Shown here: piece by piece, positions 30,147 to 44,202 of the stretch | Position numbering within the stretch: the stretch's first letter is position 1 | Layout of the letters: each line of letters begins with the position of its first letter | Program-made: the position numbers and the translations under genes | DNA from: an uncultured Acidobacteriota bacterium | GTDB lineage: Bacteria > Acidobacteriota > Thermoanaerobaculia > Gp7-AA8 | Direction: 5' to 3' | Length of the DNA: 64,000 nt | Assembly (NCBI GenBank): GCA_963822445.1 | Contig: CAWGHO010000001.1 | Location: 320,001-384,000 of the forward strand | The notes under the pieces: model-generated | Database searches by the model: none | What the model was told of the DNA's origin: nothing | What the model saw: the letters and a program-made list of their open reading frames with translations, nothing else

Positions 30147-32096
30147 ACGAGAGCATCCGGACGAAGATCTCCCCTTCCCGCTCGTAGGTGATCTGCGCCC
30201 GCGATCCTGAAACGGCCAGGGAGCGATCGGGGATCAGTTCCAGGGAGCGGCCGTCCCCCGGTAGCGTCGTGATCTGCGTCGCCGATCCGGCTCCATCCAC
30301 ACGCAGGACGTCGTTGCCGCCGACGACGAAAAACTCGGTCCCGCGCGCGGCAACCGCGGGGAGACCGAAGAACGGCAACTCCTCGCGCAGCAGAGGCTCG
30401 GCGACGATCGCACCGCTGCGATCGAGCAGGATTCCGCTGAGTCCGGGACCGTCTCGCTGGACGATGAGCGTCGACGCCGTGCCCACGGCGATATCGCGGC
30501 TGGGTTGACAGCGTCCGACAGGGTTCGCACGGACTCGATCGGAGCGAGCGTGCGGGAGAGACGCTGCAGGCGCACTCCGACGTTCCGTTGCAGCCGCTGC
30601 CAGATGACGAGGTACTCGCTGCCGTCCCAGGCGATCGAGGGAGCCATCCAGAACGTGAGCCACGGTCCGGGAACCGCCTCGCTCGTGACTTCTCGCGGCC
30701 GATCGACGACCTTTCCCGTCGCATCCAGCCGCATCGCGTGAAGCGCTGTCTTTCCGGAGTCGGAGCTGGTCCAGACCAGGACGAAGTCCGTCCCGTCTGA
30801 GGCCGCGGCAAAGGAATACACCCGCGCCTCGATCTTCGTGCGGGCGAGCACAGTGCCGTCCGCGTCGATGACGGCCGCCACGAGGTACGACCCGCAGAAC
30901 ATCGATTCATCGCTCTCGGCAAAGACGATCAATGCGCGGTCACCCGCCGTCGCGATAGCCGGTGCCGCCCTCACCACGCGATCGGACAACTCGGTGACCT
31001 TCTCGCCGGCACGCGCGCGTGCACGGAGAATGTCGGTGCGGTCGAGCCAGACCGTGGCGAACGTATCCCCCACGGCTACTGTCTGCGCGCCGAAGCGCAC
31101 CGGATTGCCGATCGAAGCGAGCACCGGTTCGCGGCCGGGAAGCATGGCCACGAGTTTCTCGGCTGTGTAACAGGGCGTCCGCACACGCCAGGCGATCAAC
31201 GAGCCCGAAATCTCGGGATCGACGTGATGCTCAGGGCCTGAAGCCAGCACTCTGCGATCGGTGATCTCACCCCCGCGGCTGATGTCGACGCGCTGAAGGT
31301 TCCCGTTTTTCTCGAACGCGACCGCGTAGTGCAGTCCGTCCCAGCCGGCGGCGTGCCCGAAGTTCCCGGCACCCGTCGGATCGATCGTCAACGGCTCGCC
31401 GAGAAGCTGTCCGTCGAAGGTCAGTCTCTGCCCTTTGATTTCGGAGAACGACGTCCAGGTCAGCAGAAAGCGGCGGCCGTCGCTGGCGATCGCCGGCCAG
31501 CTCCCGTCTTTCGAGATGAGGATCGCATCGGACAGAAAGTTGCCGTCGCGCGCGACGGCTCGCGCGAACAACCTGCGATCCTCCAGCCACGCGAGGAGAA
31601 ACGAGTCCTCCCCCGCCGCAACCGCCGGGAACGAGATCGCGGGGAAATCGCTCGCCGCCAGGAAGCGACGGACCAGGAATCCGTCGTCGTCGAAGAGAAG
31701 CACCTCCGCTTCATGCTCGGCGAACATCAGCACGCGATTCCCGCTGGCGGCCATCGGCGCACGAGTAAAGACGAGATCCAATGGCGGACGAGGAGAGCCG
31801 ACCGTTCCGTCGGCATGCACGCGAACGATGGAGCGCCGGACGTACTCCTCCACGACCACCAGCAAATCCTCGCCGACGGCCGTCACCGAGTCCGCGGGGC
31901 CAGGCAACGTGGCGAACGGCCGCACGCCGTCCTCAGTCACCTCCCGAATGTGCTCGCCGATGATCACGAAGCGCCGCGATGCGGTTTCGACGGCCAGAAA
32001 CGGACCGGAAAACGCACCGCTGGCAGACCCTGCCGGAACCGGCGCAATGGGCTGATCGACAGATAACAACGCCGCGAGGATCACTGGCAGCAGCAC
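30118..32096 (-). CDS. Secreted beta-rich repeat protein (frameshift near 30510)
   Basis: ASDGRRFLLTW, WDGLHYAV, WDGSEYLVIW repeats; C-terminal part in a second frame ends FRARSARSR. Confidence 0.7.
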
Positions 32097-32129
32097 GTCC
32101 CTGATACGACGTACCGCAGCCAATCGTCG

Positions 32130-32734
32130 CTACAGCAAGCCCTCGGCCGTCAGTTCCGCGGTGAGCGAATCGGCATCGACGAACTGGAACGCGCGCAGCC
32201 CGACGGTCCGCGCGGCGAGCACGTTCTCGAGCAGATCGTCGATGAACACCACGTGCTGCGGCAGCGCTCCAATGATCTCCAGCGCGCGGCGGAACATCTC
32301 CGGATCGGGCTTGGCGACCTTGAATCGGTACGAAAAGATGAAGCGGTCGTCCTTCCGAAAGATCGTCGCGAACCGCCGCGGGATGACCTCGGCGTGCACC
32401 TCGTTCGAGTTCGACAGAAAGGCGACGCGATACTTCTCCCGCACCCGATCGAGCAGCTCTCCACGCCCGGAAGCGGCCCGTCGAAGAAGTCGCCCCAGAC
32501 CTCGCGGAACTGCCGCAGTGACTCGCGATACCCCGCGTGCGTGCAGATGAATTCGTAGAACTCCCAGAACGAAACCGCCCCGCGCTCCAGATCGCGATAC
32601 CCGCCCGGCCGCTCCAGCAACTCGACGAGCTTGTCCCGCGAGATCGTCGCGTCCCGGCAGATGTTCTCCAGCACCCGCTCGTACGCGAGCTTGATGAGGG
32701 TGTTGCCGAGGTCGAAGAGGAACCAGGTCGTCAT
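32130..32734 (-). CDS. HAD phosphatase, YihX-like (frameshift near 32460)
   Basis: FDLGNTL; LSNSN; KPDPEMF; FIDD in two frames. Confidence 0.85.
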
Positions 32735-32736
32735 GC

Positions 32737-32822
32737 GTTTCGGGGTTTCGAGGTTACGGGGTTGCGGGGTTACGCCGATTCAAGCTACCTCGTAACCCCG
32801 AAACCCCGAAACCCCGGAACCT
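32737..32822. repeat. Inverted tandem-octamer element (CGGGGTTH)n ... (AACCCCGD)n
   Basis: tcggggtt tcgaggtt acggggtt gcggggtt ... cctcgtaa ccccgaaa ccccgaaa ccccggaa. Confidence 0.9.
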
Positions 32823-34426
32823 ACATCCTGAACACTCCAAACCTCGGATCCGCCATCTTCTCGTTATACGAAACCGACAGTCCCAGTCCCAGATACATCC
32901 TCGTTTCCGCGGGATCGATCACGCCGTCGTCCCAGAGCCGCGCTGTGGAGTAGTACGGGCTGCCTTCCTCCTCGTACTTCGCGAGGACGGGATCGGCGAT
33001 GCTCCGCTCTTCCTCGGCGCTCAGCTCTTTTCCGGCGCGCGCGAGCTGGTCGCGTTTCACGGTCGTGAGCACGCCCGCGGCCTGTTCGCCGCCCATCACC
33101 GAGATGCGCGCGTTCGGCCACATCCAGAGGAAGCGCGGCGAGTATGCGCGGCCGCACATGCCGTAGTTTCCGGCGCCGAACGAGCCGCCGATGATGACCG
33201 TGAACTTCGGCACCGTCGAGTTGGCGACGGCATGAACCATCTTCGCGCCGTCTTTCGCGATGCCGCCGCGCTCGTACTGTTTGCCCACCATGAAGCCGGT
33301 GATGTTCTGCAGGAAGATGAGCGGAATGCGGCGCTGGTTGCACAACTCGATGAAGTGCGTGGCCTTGAGCGCCGACTCGGAAAACAGCACGCCGTTGTTC
33401 GCCAGGATCCCGACCTTGTAGCCGAAGATCCGCGCGAAGCCGGTGACGATCGTCGTCGCGTAGCGCTCCTTGAACTCGTGAAACCTCGAGCCGTCGACGA
33501 TGCGGGCGATCACTTCCCGCACGTCGTACGGCTTGCGCACGTCGTTCGGGATACGCCGTAGAGCTCTTTCGGATCGTAAAGCGGGTCCTCGGGCTCGACG
33601 CGCGTCTCCGGCTCTTTCTTCTCGAAGCGCAGGTTCTCGACGATGTTGCGAACGATGGCGATCGCGTGATCGTCATCCTCGGCGAAGTGATCCGCCACGC
33701 CGCTGATCCGCGTGTGCACATCCGCCCCGCCCAGTTCCTCGGCCGTCACCTCTTCGCCGGTGGCCGCCTTCACCAGCGGCGGGCCGCCGAGGAAGATCGT
33801 GCCGGTGTTCTTGACGATCACTGCTTCGTCCGACATCGCCGGCACGTACGCGCCGCCTGCCGTGCACGAGCCCATGACGGCGGAGATCTGCGGGATCTCC
33901 CGCGCCGACATGACCGCCTGGTTGTAGAAAATCCTGCCGAAGTGCTCCCGGTCCGGAAAGACCTCGGCCTGCAGCGGCAGAAACGCGCCACCGGAATCGA
34001 CGAGATAAATGCACGGCAGGTTGTTCTGCAGCGCCACTTCCTGCGCGCGAAGATGCTTCTTCACCGTGATCGGCAGATACGTCCCGCCGTTGACCGTGGC
34101 GTCGTTGGCGATGATCAGACACTCGCGCTGATTGATCCGCCCGATGCCCGTGACGATCCCCGCTGCGGGCGCGTCCTTTCGTACATCCCGTTCGCGGCCA
34201 GCGGCGACAGCTCGAGAAACGGCGTATCGGGATCGAGCAGTCCGGCGATGCGCTCGCGCACCGGCAACTTGCCCTGCTCCCGATGCCGGGCCAGATACTT
34301 TTCCCCGCCCCCTTCTCTCGCCTGCGCGACGCGCTGATTCAGCTCGTCGACGAGGGACTGGATACGTTGTGCGTTGCTCCTGAATTCATCCGAGGATGAA
34401 TCGAGATGGGTTTCGAGGGCTTCCAT
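32821..34426 (-). CDS. Acyl-CoA carboxylase carboxyltransferase (methylcrotonyl-CoA carboxylase beta-like), frameshifted
   Basis: [45 protein letters not shown]; frameshifts near 34180-34120 and 33550. Confidence 0.9.
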
Positions 34427-34489
34427 GCGCGGCGAAGTGTAGCGGAGGTGTGGAATCGGGGGTTCGTGAAGGAGCCGTTGGAAGTCCCC

Positions 34490-35119
34490 TTACCTGATTG
34501 CCCCGAGCCGCCGCGCCAGAAGCAGCAACTCCTCACGCGACAGCCCGCTCGCGTGCCTGGTCAACTCCTTGACCATCGGCAGTTCAAGCCCCTCCAGCCG
34601 CGCCAGTTCCTCCTCGTGCGACTCCGCCACCCGGTCCACCAGATCGAGCGCCAGCGCTTCCTCGGCGGTCAGCACGCGATTCGCGAGAAAAAGCTGATTC
34701 GCGGCCTTGCGCGAGATCACCTTGCGCCACCGCGACGTTCCGCCGAATCCCGTGACGATGCCCAGGCGCGCACCGGGGTGAGCGAACCGCGAGCGCGGTG
34801 TTGCGAAGCGGAGATCGAAGGAGAGGACGAGGTCGAGCGCGCCGCCGAAGCAATCGCCGTCGATCAGGGCCACAGTGATGCACGGCAAGCGCTCGATCTC
34901 AGCGAATAGCTCCTGACCGAGCCGCGCAAAGTCCTCGGCCTCGAAGGGAGTGAACCGCTGCATCTCGGCCATGTCCGCGCCGGCGGCGAAGAGGTTCGGG
35001 CGGCCGGAGCGGAAGAGGAAGAGCGTTGCGTCCGTCGGAAGTTGATCGCGAATGCTGCGCAGCGCATTCGTCGACAGCAGGTTCATCCCGCCGTCGTCGA
35101 ACACGAATTCGCGCCGCAT
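34490..35119 (-). CDS. Enoyl-CoA hydratase/isomerase (crotonase) family protein
   Basis: FAAGADM, IDGDCFGGA, LGIVTGFGGT. Confidence 0.88.
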   Translation of the reverse strand: MRREFVFDDGGMNLLSTNALRSIRDQLPTDATLFLFRSGRPNLFAAGADMAEMQRFTPFEAEDFARLGQELFAEIERLPCITVALIDGDCFGGALDLVLSFDLRFATPRSRFAHPGARLGIVTGFGGTSRWRKVISRKAANQLFLANRVLTAEEALALDLVDRVAESHEEELARLEGLELPMVKELTRHASGLSREELLLLARRLGAIR

Positions 35120-35517
35120 CAGCGGGCGACGGCGTTGCGGATGGCCTCGACCGCGGCGGAGGTCGGCGTGCCGGGGAGGAAGATCTCGCGGATGCCGAGG
35201 GCCTTGAGCTTGGGGATGTCCTGCTCGGGGATGATCCCGCCGGCGAAGACCAGGATGCCCTCCGCGTCCTCGTCCTTGAGCATGCGCATGATCTCGGGAA
35301 AAAGCACGTTGTGCGCGCCGGAGAGGATGGAGAGACCGATGGCGTCGACGTCTTCCTGCACCGCGGCGGCGACGATCTGTTCCGGCGTCTGCCGCAGTCC
35401 GGTGTAGATCACCTCCATCCCCGCGTCGCGAAGCGCGCGGGCGATCACTTTCGCACCGCGATCGTGGCCATCGAGGCCGGGCTTGGCGATCAGCACGCGG
35501 ATCTTCCGTTCGGTCAT
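35119..35517 (-). CDS. Cobalamin-binding subunit of methylmalonyl/isobutyryl-CoA mutase
   Basis: [10 protein letters not shown] (DxHxxG), [14 protein letters not shown]. Confidence 0.95.
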   Translation of the reverse strand: MTERKIRVLIAKPGLDGHDRGAKVIARALRDAGMEVIYTGLRQTPEQIVAAAVQEDVDAIGLSILSGAHNVLFPEIMRMLKDEDAEGILVFAGGIIPEQDIPKLKALGIREIFLPGTPTSAAVEAIRNAVAR

Positions 35518-36053
35518 GAGGTCTTCTCCTGAAGCGCGCCGTCGCGGAACGCCGAGAGGATCACGATGTCGTGGTACGTCCCCTCCCGGTAGAACTCGGC
35601 CCGCAGCCGGCCTTCCTGCACGAAGCCCTGCGCCTCGAGGACGTGCTTCGCGCGGTCGTTGTAATCGAAAACGTTAATGCGCAGCTTGCGCAGATTCATC
35701 TCGTCGAAAGCGAACCGCACCAGCGTCGCGATCGCGTCCGTGCCGAAGCCGCGGTTCCACGCCGTCGGCTCGCCGATGAAAAGACCGAACCAGCCCGTGC
35801 GCGACACCCAGTCGATGTCGTGAATCGAGGCGTTGCCGATGTGGCTGCGGTCGTCCTTCCGCTCGATCGCGAAATGCCGTTCGCTCGAGCTGGCGTGCAT
35901 GGCGTTGTCGATCCACTCGGTCTCGTTCTCGAACGCGATCGGATACCGCGACTTGAGCGTCCGGACGATGTTCGGATCGTTCATCCAGCGATAGCAGCGC
36001 TCCGCGTCCTCCCGCTCGAACGCGCGCAGGATGACGTGCTCGCCGGCGATCAT
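35514..36053 (-). CDS. GNAT acetyltransferase (RimJ/RimL-like)
   Basis: [18 protein letters not shown]; alternative start 36113. Confidence 0.9.
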   Translation of the reverse strand: MIAGEHVILRAFEREDAERCYRWMNDPNIVRTLKSRYPIAFENETEWIDNAMHASSSERHFAIERKDDRSHIGNASIHDIDWVSRTGWFGLFIGEPTAWNRGFGTDAIATLVRFAFDEMNLRKLRINVFDYNDRAKHVLEAQGFVQEGRLRAEFYREGTYHDIVILSAFRDGALQEKTS

Positions 36054-36136
36054 AAACCGCCGCCGCGGCGAGGCCGGCTCCGGCGCAAAATCCCGTTCAG
36101 TGCGGTTGCCCATGCGGGCGCGGATTATATGTAGGT

Positions 36137-36243
36137 ATGAGGAATGAGTGATGAGTGATGAGTAAAAGCAGCGCGCGGGCACCGCGCGCACTCATCCCTC
36201 ATCCCTCATCCCTCATCCCTCATGCCTCATCCCTCATGCCTAT
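36137..36243. repeat. Inverted tandem-heptamer element (GATGAGK)n ... (CTCATCC)n
   Basis: atgagga atgagtg atgagtg atgagt ... ctcatcc x7-8. Confidence 0.9.
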
Positions 36244-36251
36244 ACTTCCCC

Positions 36252-38255
36252 ATGCGAAAAACGGTCGCCCTGCTCTCGCTGCTCCTGTCCGTGACGCTCT
36301 CGGCCCAGCAGACCGGCGTCTTCGTCGCGGATATCGACAAATCCGCCGATGCCTGCACGAACTTCTTCGACTACGCGAACGGCGCTTGGCGCAAGGCCAA
36401 CCCCATTCCGGACAACATGCAGCGCTGGAGCAGGCGCTGGGAAGCGGGCGAGATCGCGAAAAAGCAGCTCGTGACCATCCTCGATGAGCTGTCCCAACGC
36501 CGCGATTACCCGAAGGGCAGCGTCGATCAGCAGATCACCGACTTTTATGGCTCGTGCATGGACACGAAGCGGATCAACGAGCTCGGCTACACCCCGATCA
36601 AACCGCTCCTGGCCGACATCGACGCGATTCGAAGCCGGGCCGGCCTGCAGCCGATGATCGCCAGGCTGCACGATCTCTCCGTCAACGTCCCCTTCGGCGT
36701 CGGCGGGTCGCCCGACCAGCACAATCCCCGGCAGGTCATCGCCCGGATCTTCGCCGGCGGTCTCAGCCTGCCCAACCGCGATTACTACATCCAGACCAGC
36801 GAGCGGATGGTGGAGACGCGCAAGAAATACCTCGAGCACATCGCGAAGATGTTCGAGCTCACCGGTCATAGCAAAGAAGAGTCGGCGAAGGCCGCGCAGA
36901 CGGTGTTCGCGCTCGAGTCCCGTCTGGCCACGGCGCATTTCACGAACGTCGAGCGCCGCAATCCGAAGCTCTCCGACAACAAAGTCACCCGCGCCGCGCT
37001 GCAGAAGATGACGCCGCACTTCAAGTGGGAGGAGTACTTCAACGCCACCAACGTTCCGCAGTCGGAGCTGAACGTCGATCAGCCGAAGTTCCTCGCCGCG
37101 GTGGAAGAGGAGCTGGCCTCGACGCCGCTGCCCGCCTGGAAGACGTACCTGAAGTGGAAGCTGATCAACGCCGCGGCCCAGCATCTCTCCGATCCGTTCG
37201 TCGAGGAGAACTTCGCCTTCTACGGCCGTCACCTCGGCGGCGCGAAAGAGATGAAGCCGCGCTCCACCCGTTGCGTCGAGACCACCGACGCCCTCCTCGG
37301 CGAAGCACTCGGCCAGCGTTACGTCGAGCGCCACTTCCCGCCCGCGGCCAAGGCGCGCATGCAGGACATGGTGACGAATCTCCTCGCGGCCATGGACGAC
37401 ACGATCCGCGGTCTGGAGTGGATGGGACCGGAGACCAAACGGCAGGCCCTCGAGAAACTATCGACGTTCGTTCCGAAGGTCGGCTATCCCGACAAATGGC
37501 GCGACTACAGCAGCATCACCATCAGGCCCGGCTCCTACTACAACAACCTGCTCGCGGCGACGAAGTACGAGATCGCCGATGACCGCTCGCAGATCGGCAA
37601 GCCGGTCGATCGCAGCCGCTGGGGCATGACTCCGCCGACGTCGAATGCGTATTACAGCGCGCTGATGAACGAGATCGTGTTCCCGGCCGGTATCCTCCAG
37701 CCGCCGGCCTTCGACGTGAACGCGACCGACGCTGTGAATTACGGCGCGATCGGCGTGGTCATCGGTCACGAGATCAGTCACGGTTTCGACGATCAGGGCT
37801 CGCAGTTCGACGCCCAAGGCCGCCTGCGCAACTGGTGGACGGACGAGGACCTCGCCCGCTTCCGCGAGCGGACTGCATGCGTGGTCGAGCAGTTCGAGGG
37901 CTACTTCATCGAGCCGGGAATCCATCACAACGGCAAGCTCGTGCTCGGCGAATCGATCGGCGACCTCGCCGGCGCCAAGATCGCCTACCTTGGCCTGCAG
38001 AAAGCGCTCGCCAAGACGCCGGGGCAGGTCGTGGATGGCTTCACCCCCGACCAGCAGTTCTTCATCGGCTGGGGCCAGTTCCGCGGCGACGAGCTCCGTC
38101 CCGAAACCCAGCGCCTGATGGTGCAGAACGGACCGCACCCCACCGGCAAATACCGCGTGATCGGACCGCTGTCGAACATGCCCGAGTTCGCAAAGGCGTT
38201 CGGATGCGGGCCGGATTCAGAGATGGTGCGAAAGAAGCGCTGCGAGGTTTGGTGA
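36252..38255 (+). CDS. M13 family metalloendopeptidase (PepO/neprilysin-like)
   Basis: Signal peptide; NAYY, GHEISHGFD, GESIGD. Confidence 0.96.
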   Translation: MRKTVALLSLLLSVTLSAQQTGVFVADIDKSADACTNFFDYANGAWRKANPIPDNMQRWSRRWEAGEIAKKQLVTILDELSQRRDYPKGSVDQQITDFYGSCMDTKRINELGYTPIKPLLADIDAIRSRAGLQPMIARLHDLSVNVPFGVGGSPDQHNPRQVIARIFAGGLSLPNRDYYIQTSERMVETRKKYLEHIAKMFELTGHSKEESAKAAQTVFALESRLATAHFTNVERRNPKLSDNKVTRAALQKMTPHFKWEEYFNATNVPQSELNVDQPKFLAAVEEELASTPLPAWKTYLKWKLINAAAQHLSDPFVEENFAFYGRHLGGAKEMKPRSTRCVETTDALLGEALGQRYVERHFPPAAKARMQDMVTNLLAAMDDTIRGLEWMGPETKRQALEKLSTFVPKVGYPDKWRDYSSITIRPGSYYNNLLAATKYEIADDRSQIGKPVDRSRWGMTPPTSNAYYSALMNEIVFPAGILQPPAFDVNATDAVNYGAIGVVIGHEISHGFDDQGSQFDAQGRLRNWWTDEDLARFRERTACVVEQFEGYFIEPGIHHNGKLVLGESIGDLAGAKIAYLGLQKALAKTPGQVVDGFTPDQQFFIGWGQFRGDELRPETQRLMVQNGPHPTGKYRVIGPLSNMPEFAKAFGCGPDSEMVRKKRCEVW

Positions 38256-39039
38256 CTATCCCAACGACACCAGCTCCAGATTCGCGATCTCCTGCTCCAG
38301 GAACTCCCCGGCAATCCGGCGGAACCGCTCCTCGGCATCGGTGACGAGGAAGTGATGGAGCGGCGCGTTCACGCCCGCTGACTTGCCGAGGAGCTCCTTC
38401 ACCGATTGCGCGGTGGTCTCCGCGCTGTCGACGATGTGCACGGCGTCGCCGACGACCTGCTCGATCGTGCCGCGCAGGATCGGGTAGTGCGTGCAGCCTA
38501 GGACCAGCGTGTCGATGCCGGCGTCGATCAGCGGCTCGAGGTAGATCTCCGCGACCTCGCGCGCGACGTGCGTATTCGCCCAACCTTCTTCCGCAAGAGG
38601 AACGAAGAGCGGCGCCGCGGACTCGATCACTTCGATGTCCGGATCGAGGTTCTTGATCGCCGTCGTGTACGCCTTCGACTTCACCGTCCCCTCGGTGGCA
38701 ATCACGCCGACGACTCCCGACGTCCGTTCAACGGCCGCGCGCGCGCCCGGTTCCACGACGCCGATCACCGGGATCGACAACGCTTCCTGCAATGCCGGCA
38801 GCGCCGCGGCGGTGGCGGTGTTGCACGCGACGACGAGCATCTTCACGTCGCGCGACAGAAGGTGGCGCGCGGCCTCGAGTGCGTACCGCTGCACGGTCTT
38901 GGGCGATTTCGTTCCGTACGGGACGCGTGCGGAGTCGCCGAGGTAGATGAGGGGCTCGCGGGGGAGGGCGCGGGCGATCTCGCGGAAGACCGTCAGACCA
39001 CCGACACCGGAGTCGAACACGCCGATGGCGCGCGAGCCG

Positions 39040-39053
<14 letters not shown>
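38256..39053 (-). CDS. murI: Glutamate racemase
   Basis: FDSGVGGL, VACNTA, LGCTHYP. Confidence 0.97.
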
Positions 39054-40437
<1,384 letters not shown>

Positions 40438-40487
40438 CAGTTACCAACCTCGTGCATGACTGCGGCCAGGATTGTACGTGCGACCGG

Positions 40488-40819
40488 GCCTGGTCGTTCA
40501 CGCCTCGGGTCGCTCGCAGCTCACCAGGGACATCGATCTCGCCGTTGATTCGTCCGCGCGCGATCGTGGTCGCCTTGGCGAACGGCCACGAGACTCTTCA
40601 CGTCAGTGAGGCCTTCTCGAATCACGAATGTCCCGACGCTTCTTTTAGACCCGTCACTTCATGGACCTCCGCGGCGAGACCGCCGAACGAGTTTTCAGGG
40701 CGGTGACGCCGAAAGCGGTCGCACTTGATGTCCCCGGCGTCGACCGGGAAATGGTGCGGGAGTACTATCGCCAGCACGGGTTGTTGGAGCTTTACGATGC
40801 AATCGAAAAGGCGGGTTGA
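40488..40819 (+). pseudogene. Decayed nucleotidyltransferase-like gene
   Basis: Fragments GLVVHASGRSQLTRDIDLAV, GHETLHVSEAFSNH, PGVDREMVREYYRQHGLLELYDAIEK in different frames; no start. Confidence 0.6.
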
Positions 40820-41003
40820 ACCGCTGGATACATTCGAACTGGATGTGCCCACGACTGCGGCAGACAACGCCGCCCTGTGGCGGGCGCGGGACCACACCGC
40901 CATGGACCCGCACGAATACCTCGACTTTCTGGTCCGATTCACTAAAGACCGCCCCGCCTCCCGCGAAACGAACTCCGACACCGACGAGCCGTTCGAACTC
41001 TGA
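40797..41003 (+). CDS. Small hypothetical protein (putative partner of the nucleotidyltransferase)
   Basis: 68-aa ORF overlapping the pseudogene stop; DVPTTAADNAAL..EYLDFL. Confidence 0.6.
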   Translation: MQSKRRVEPLDTFELDVPTTAADNAALWRARDHTAMDPHEYLDFLVRFTKDRPASRETNSDTDEPFEL

Positions 41004-41157
41004 CGCCGCTGCAGTTGTCGCGGCTCCGCCGCGCAACTGAGCGGCATACCGGGCGCGCGCCGCTGAGCTGCGCCGCCCCGCGGCGCCAGCTCCTGCGCGC
41101 GCAGCGACCCCGGCGGCGCAGCCGTCCGGGTGTCGCGCGACATAGAATCGGCCCCGC

Positions 41158-42624
<1,467 letters not shown>

Positions 42625-43636
42625 TTCTGATTACAGCGGCTTGCGGCGGCAGCGCGAAGAAAGCGCCGGCCGCGCCGCGTCCTGCCGAGCCGGAAGTCGA
42701 TTTCACGGTCATCGAGTCGCCGAGCCTGCAGTTCCTCCCCCGTCGCGAGGAAGCGGTGGGCTGGCGTCTCGAGGAAGACCCCGTCGTCGTCCCCGGCGAG
42801 CGCATCGTCACTTACCTCGGACCCGACGGCGAGCACTTCACGAAATACGAAGTGGTCGACATGACCGCCGGGAAATACCTCACGACCCAGGGCGAGGGCT
42901 TCGCCACGGTCGAGATCTTCCGCTTCCCCGATTTCGTGAAGGCCTTCGGCGCCTACTCGATGCGCAAGGAAGCGGCGCGGGCGTTTCTGCCGATTCAGAA
43001 CGAGGCCTACGTCGAGCAAGTTCGCCGTGCACCTGTGGCGCGGCCCGTTCTACGTCCGCGTCACCGGCGGATCGCAGAACGCGTTCGCGGCGCTGACCGG
43101 CTTGGCCTCATTCGTCGCCGAGCGCATGCCGCCAGCGCCGGCCAAGCCGGCGGTGTTCAACTTCTTCCCGGTCGATACCCGTGTGCCCAACAGCGAGCGT
43201 TATGCGGCCGACAAAGGCTTCGGTCAGGCCATGCTCGGCAACTCGTTCCAGGCGACCTTCAACGTCGCCGGCGACGTGCAGGAGGGCCTGATCGTGCCCG
43301 CCGCGAACAAGCAGGCCGCCGCGCAGATCCTCGACGCCTACCGCAATCTCTACATCCGCAACGGCAAGCTCCTCGACCCCATCCCCAACCTCGGCGAGGA
43401 CAACTTCACCGCCGAAGACAAGTATCTGGGACGGGCCGTGGCCTTCCGGATCGATCGATTCGTGATCGCCTTCAACGGCTTCAAAGACCGGCAGAAGCTC
43501 GTCGATCTGGCCGTCGCCACCGACACGCGAATCCTCGGCACGATCCGCAAACAGCTCGTCAGCGCGGAGAAAGCAGCCGAAATGCCCGTGGAGCGGCGGC
43601 AGAGACCGAACGCGCCGCCTTGGCAGAGACCGAATC

Positions 43637-43725
43637 AGTGATTAGTGGTTAGTCGTTAGTCGTTAGTAGAACCGTGTTCGCGCCCTTCGTTCTACTAATC
43701 ACTAACGACTAACCACTAACGACTA
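43637..43725. repeat. Inverted tandem-heptamer element (TTAGTCG)n ... (CGACTAA)n between convergent genes
   Basis: ttagtgg ttagtcg ttagtcg ttagtagaac ... gttctactaatc actaacg actaacc actaacg acta. Confidence 0.92.
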
Positions 43726-44202
43726 CCTCTCCCACGTCCCTGACTTCCCGCCCGACTTGCGCAGCAGTTGCAGGTTCTCGATCACGATCCCCTTTTCCGC
43801 GCTCTTGCACATGTCGTAGATCGTGAGGGCAGCGACGGCGCAGGCGGTCATCGCTTCCATCTCCACGCCGGTCTTGCCGTCGCAGCGGACGATGGCGTTG
43901 ATCTCCACCGCGCCTGATTTCGGATCGAGATCGAAGGTGATGTCGACCGAGTCCAGCGCGAGCGGGTGCGCGAGCGGGATCAGGGACGGCGTCTGCTTCG
44001 CGGCCATGACGCCGGCGATCTTCGCCGTGGTGAGCACGTCGCCTTTCGGCAGGGCGCGCTCCATCAGCGATTGCAGCGTGGCCGGCGACATGCGCACCGT
44101 CGCGGCCGCGGCGGCTTCGCGTTGGGTGCTCTTCTTCGCGCCGACGTGCACCATCGAGATGCCGCCGGTCTCATCCAGATGTGAGAAGTCTTTACCTGCC
44201 AT
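43723..44202 (-). CDS. moaC: Cyclic pyranopterin monophosphate synthase
   Basis: FSHLDETG, KGDVL..AKIAGVMAAK, TGVEMEA, KSGGKSG. Confidence 0.97.
   Translation of the reverse strand: MAGKDFSHLDETGGISMVHVGAKKSTQREAAAAATVRMSPATLQSLMERALPKGDVLTTAKIAGVMAAKQTPSLIPLAHPLALDSVDITFDLDPKSGAVEINAIVRCDGKTGVEMEAMTACAVAALTIYDMCKSAEKGIVIENLQLLRKSGGKSGTWER

Noticed and set aside
33500-34200. Programmed ribosomal frameshifting in the carboxyltransferase or pepA
   Set aside because: Multiple indels per gene, no conserved slippery heptamer; sequencing error is more parsimonious
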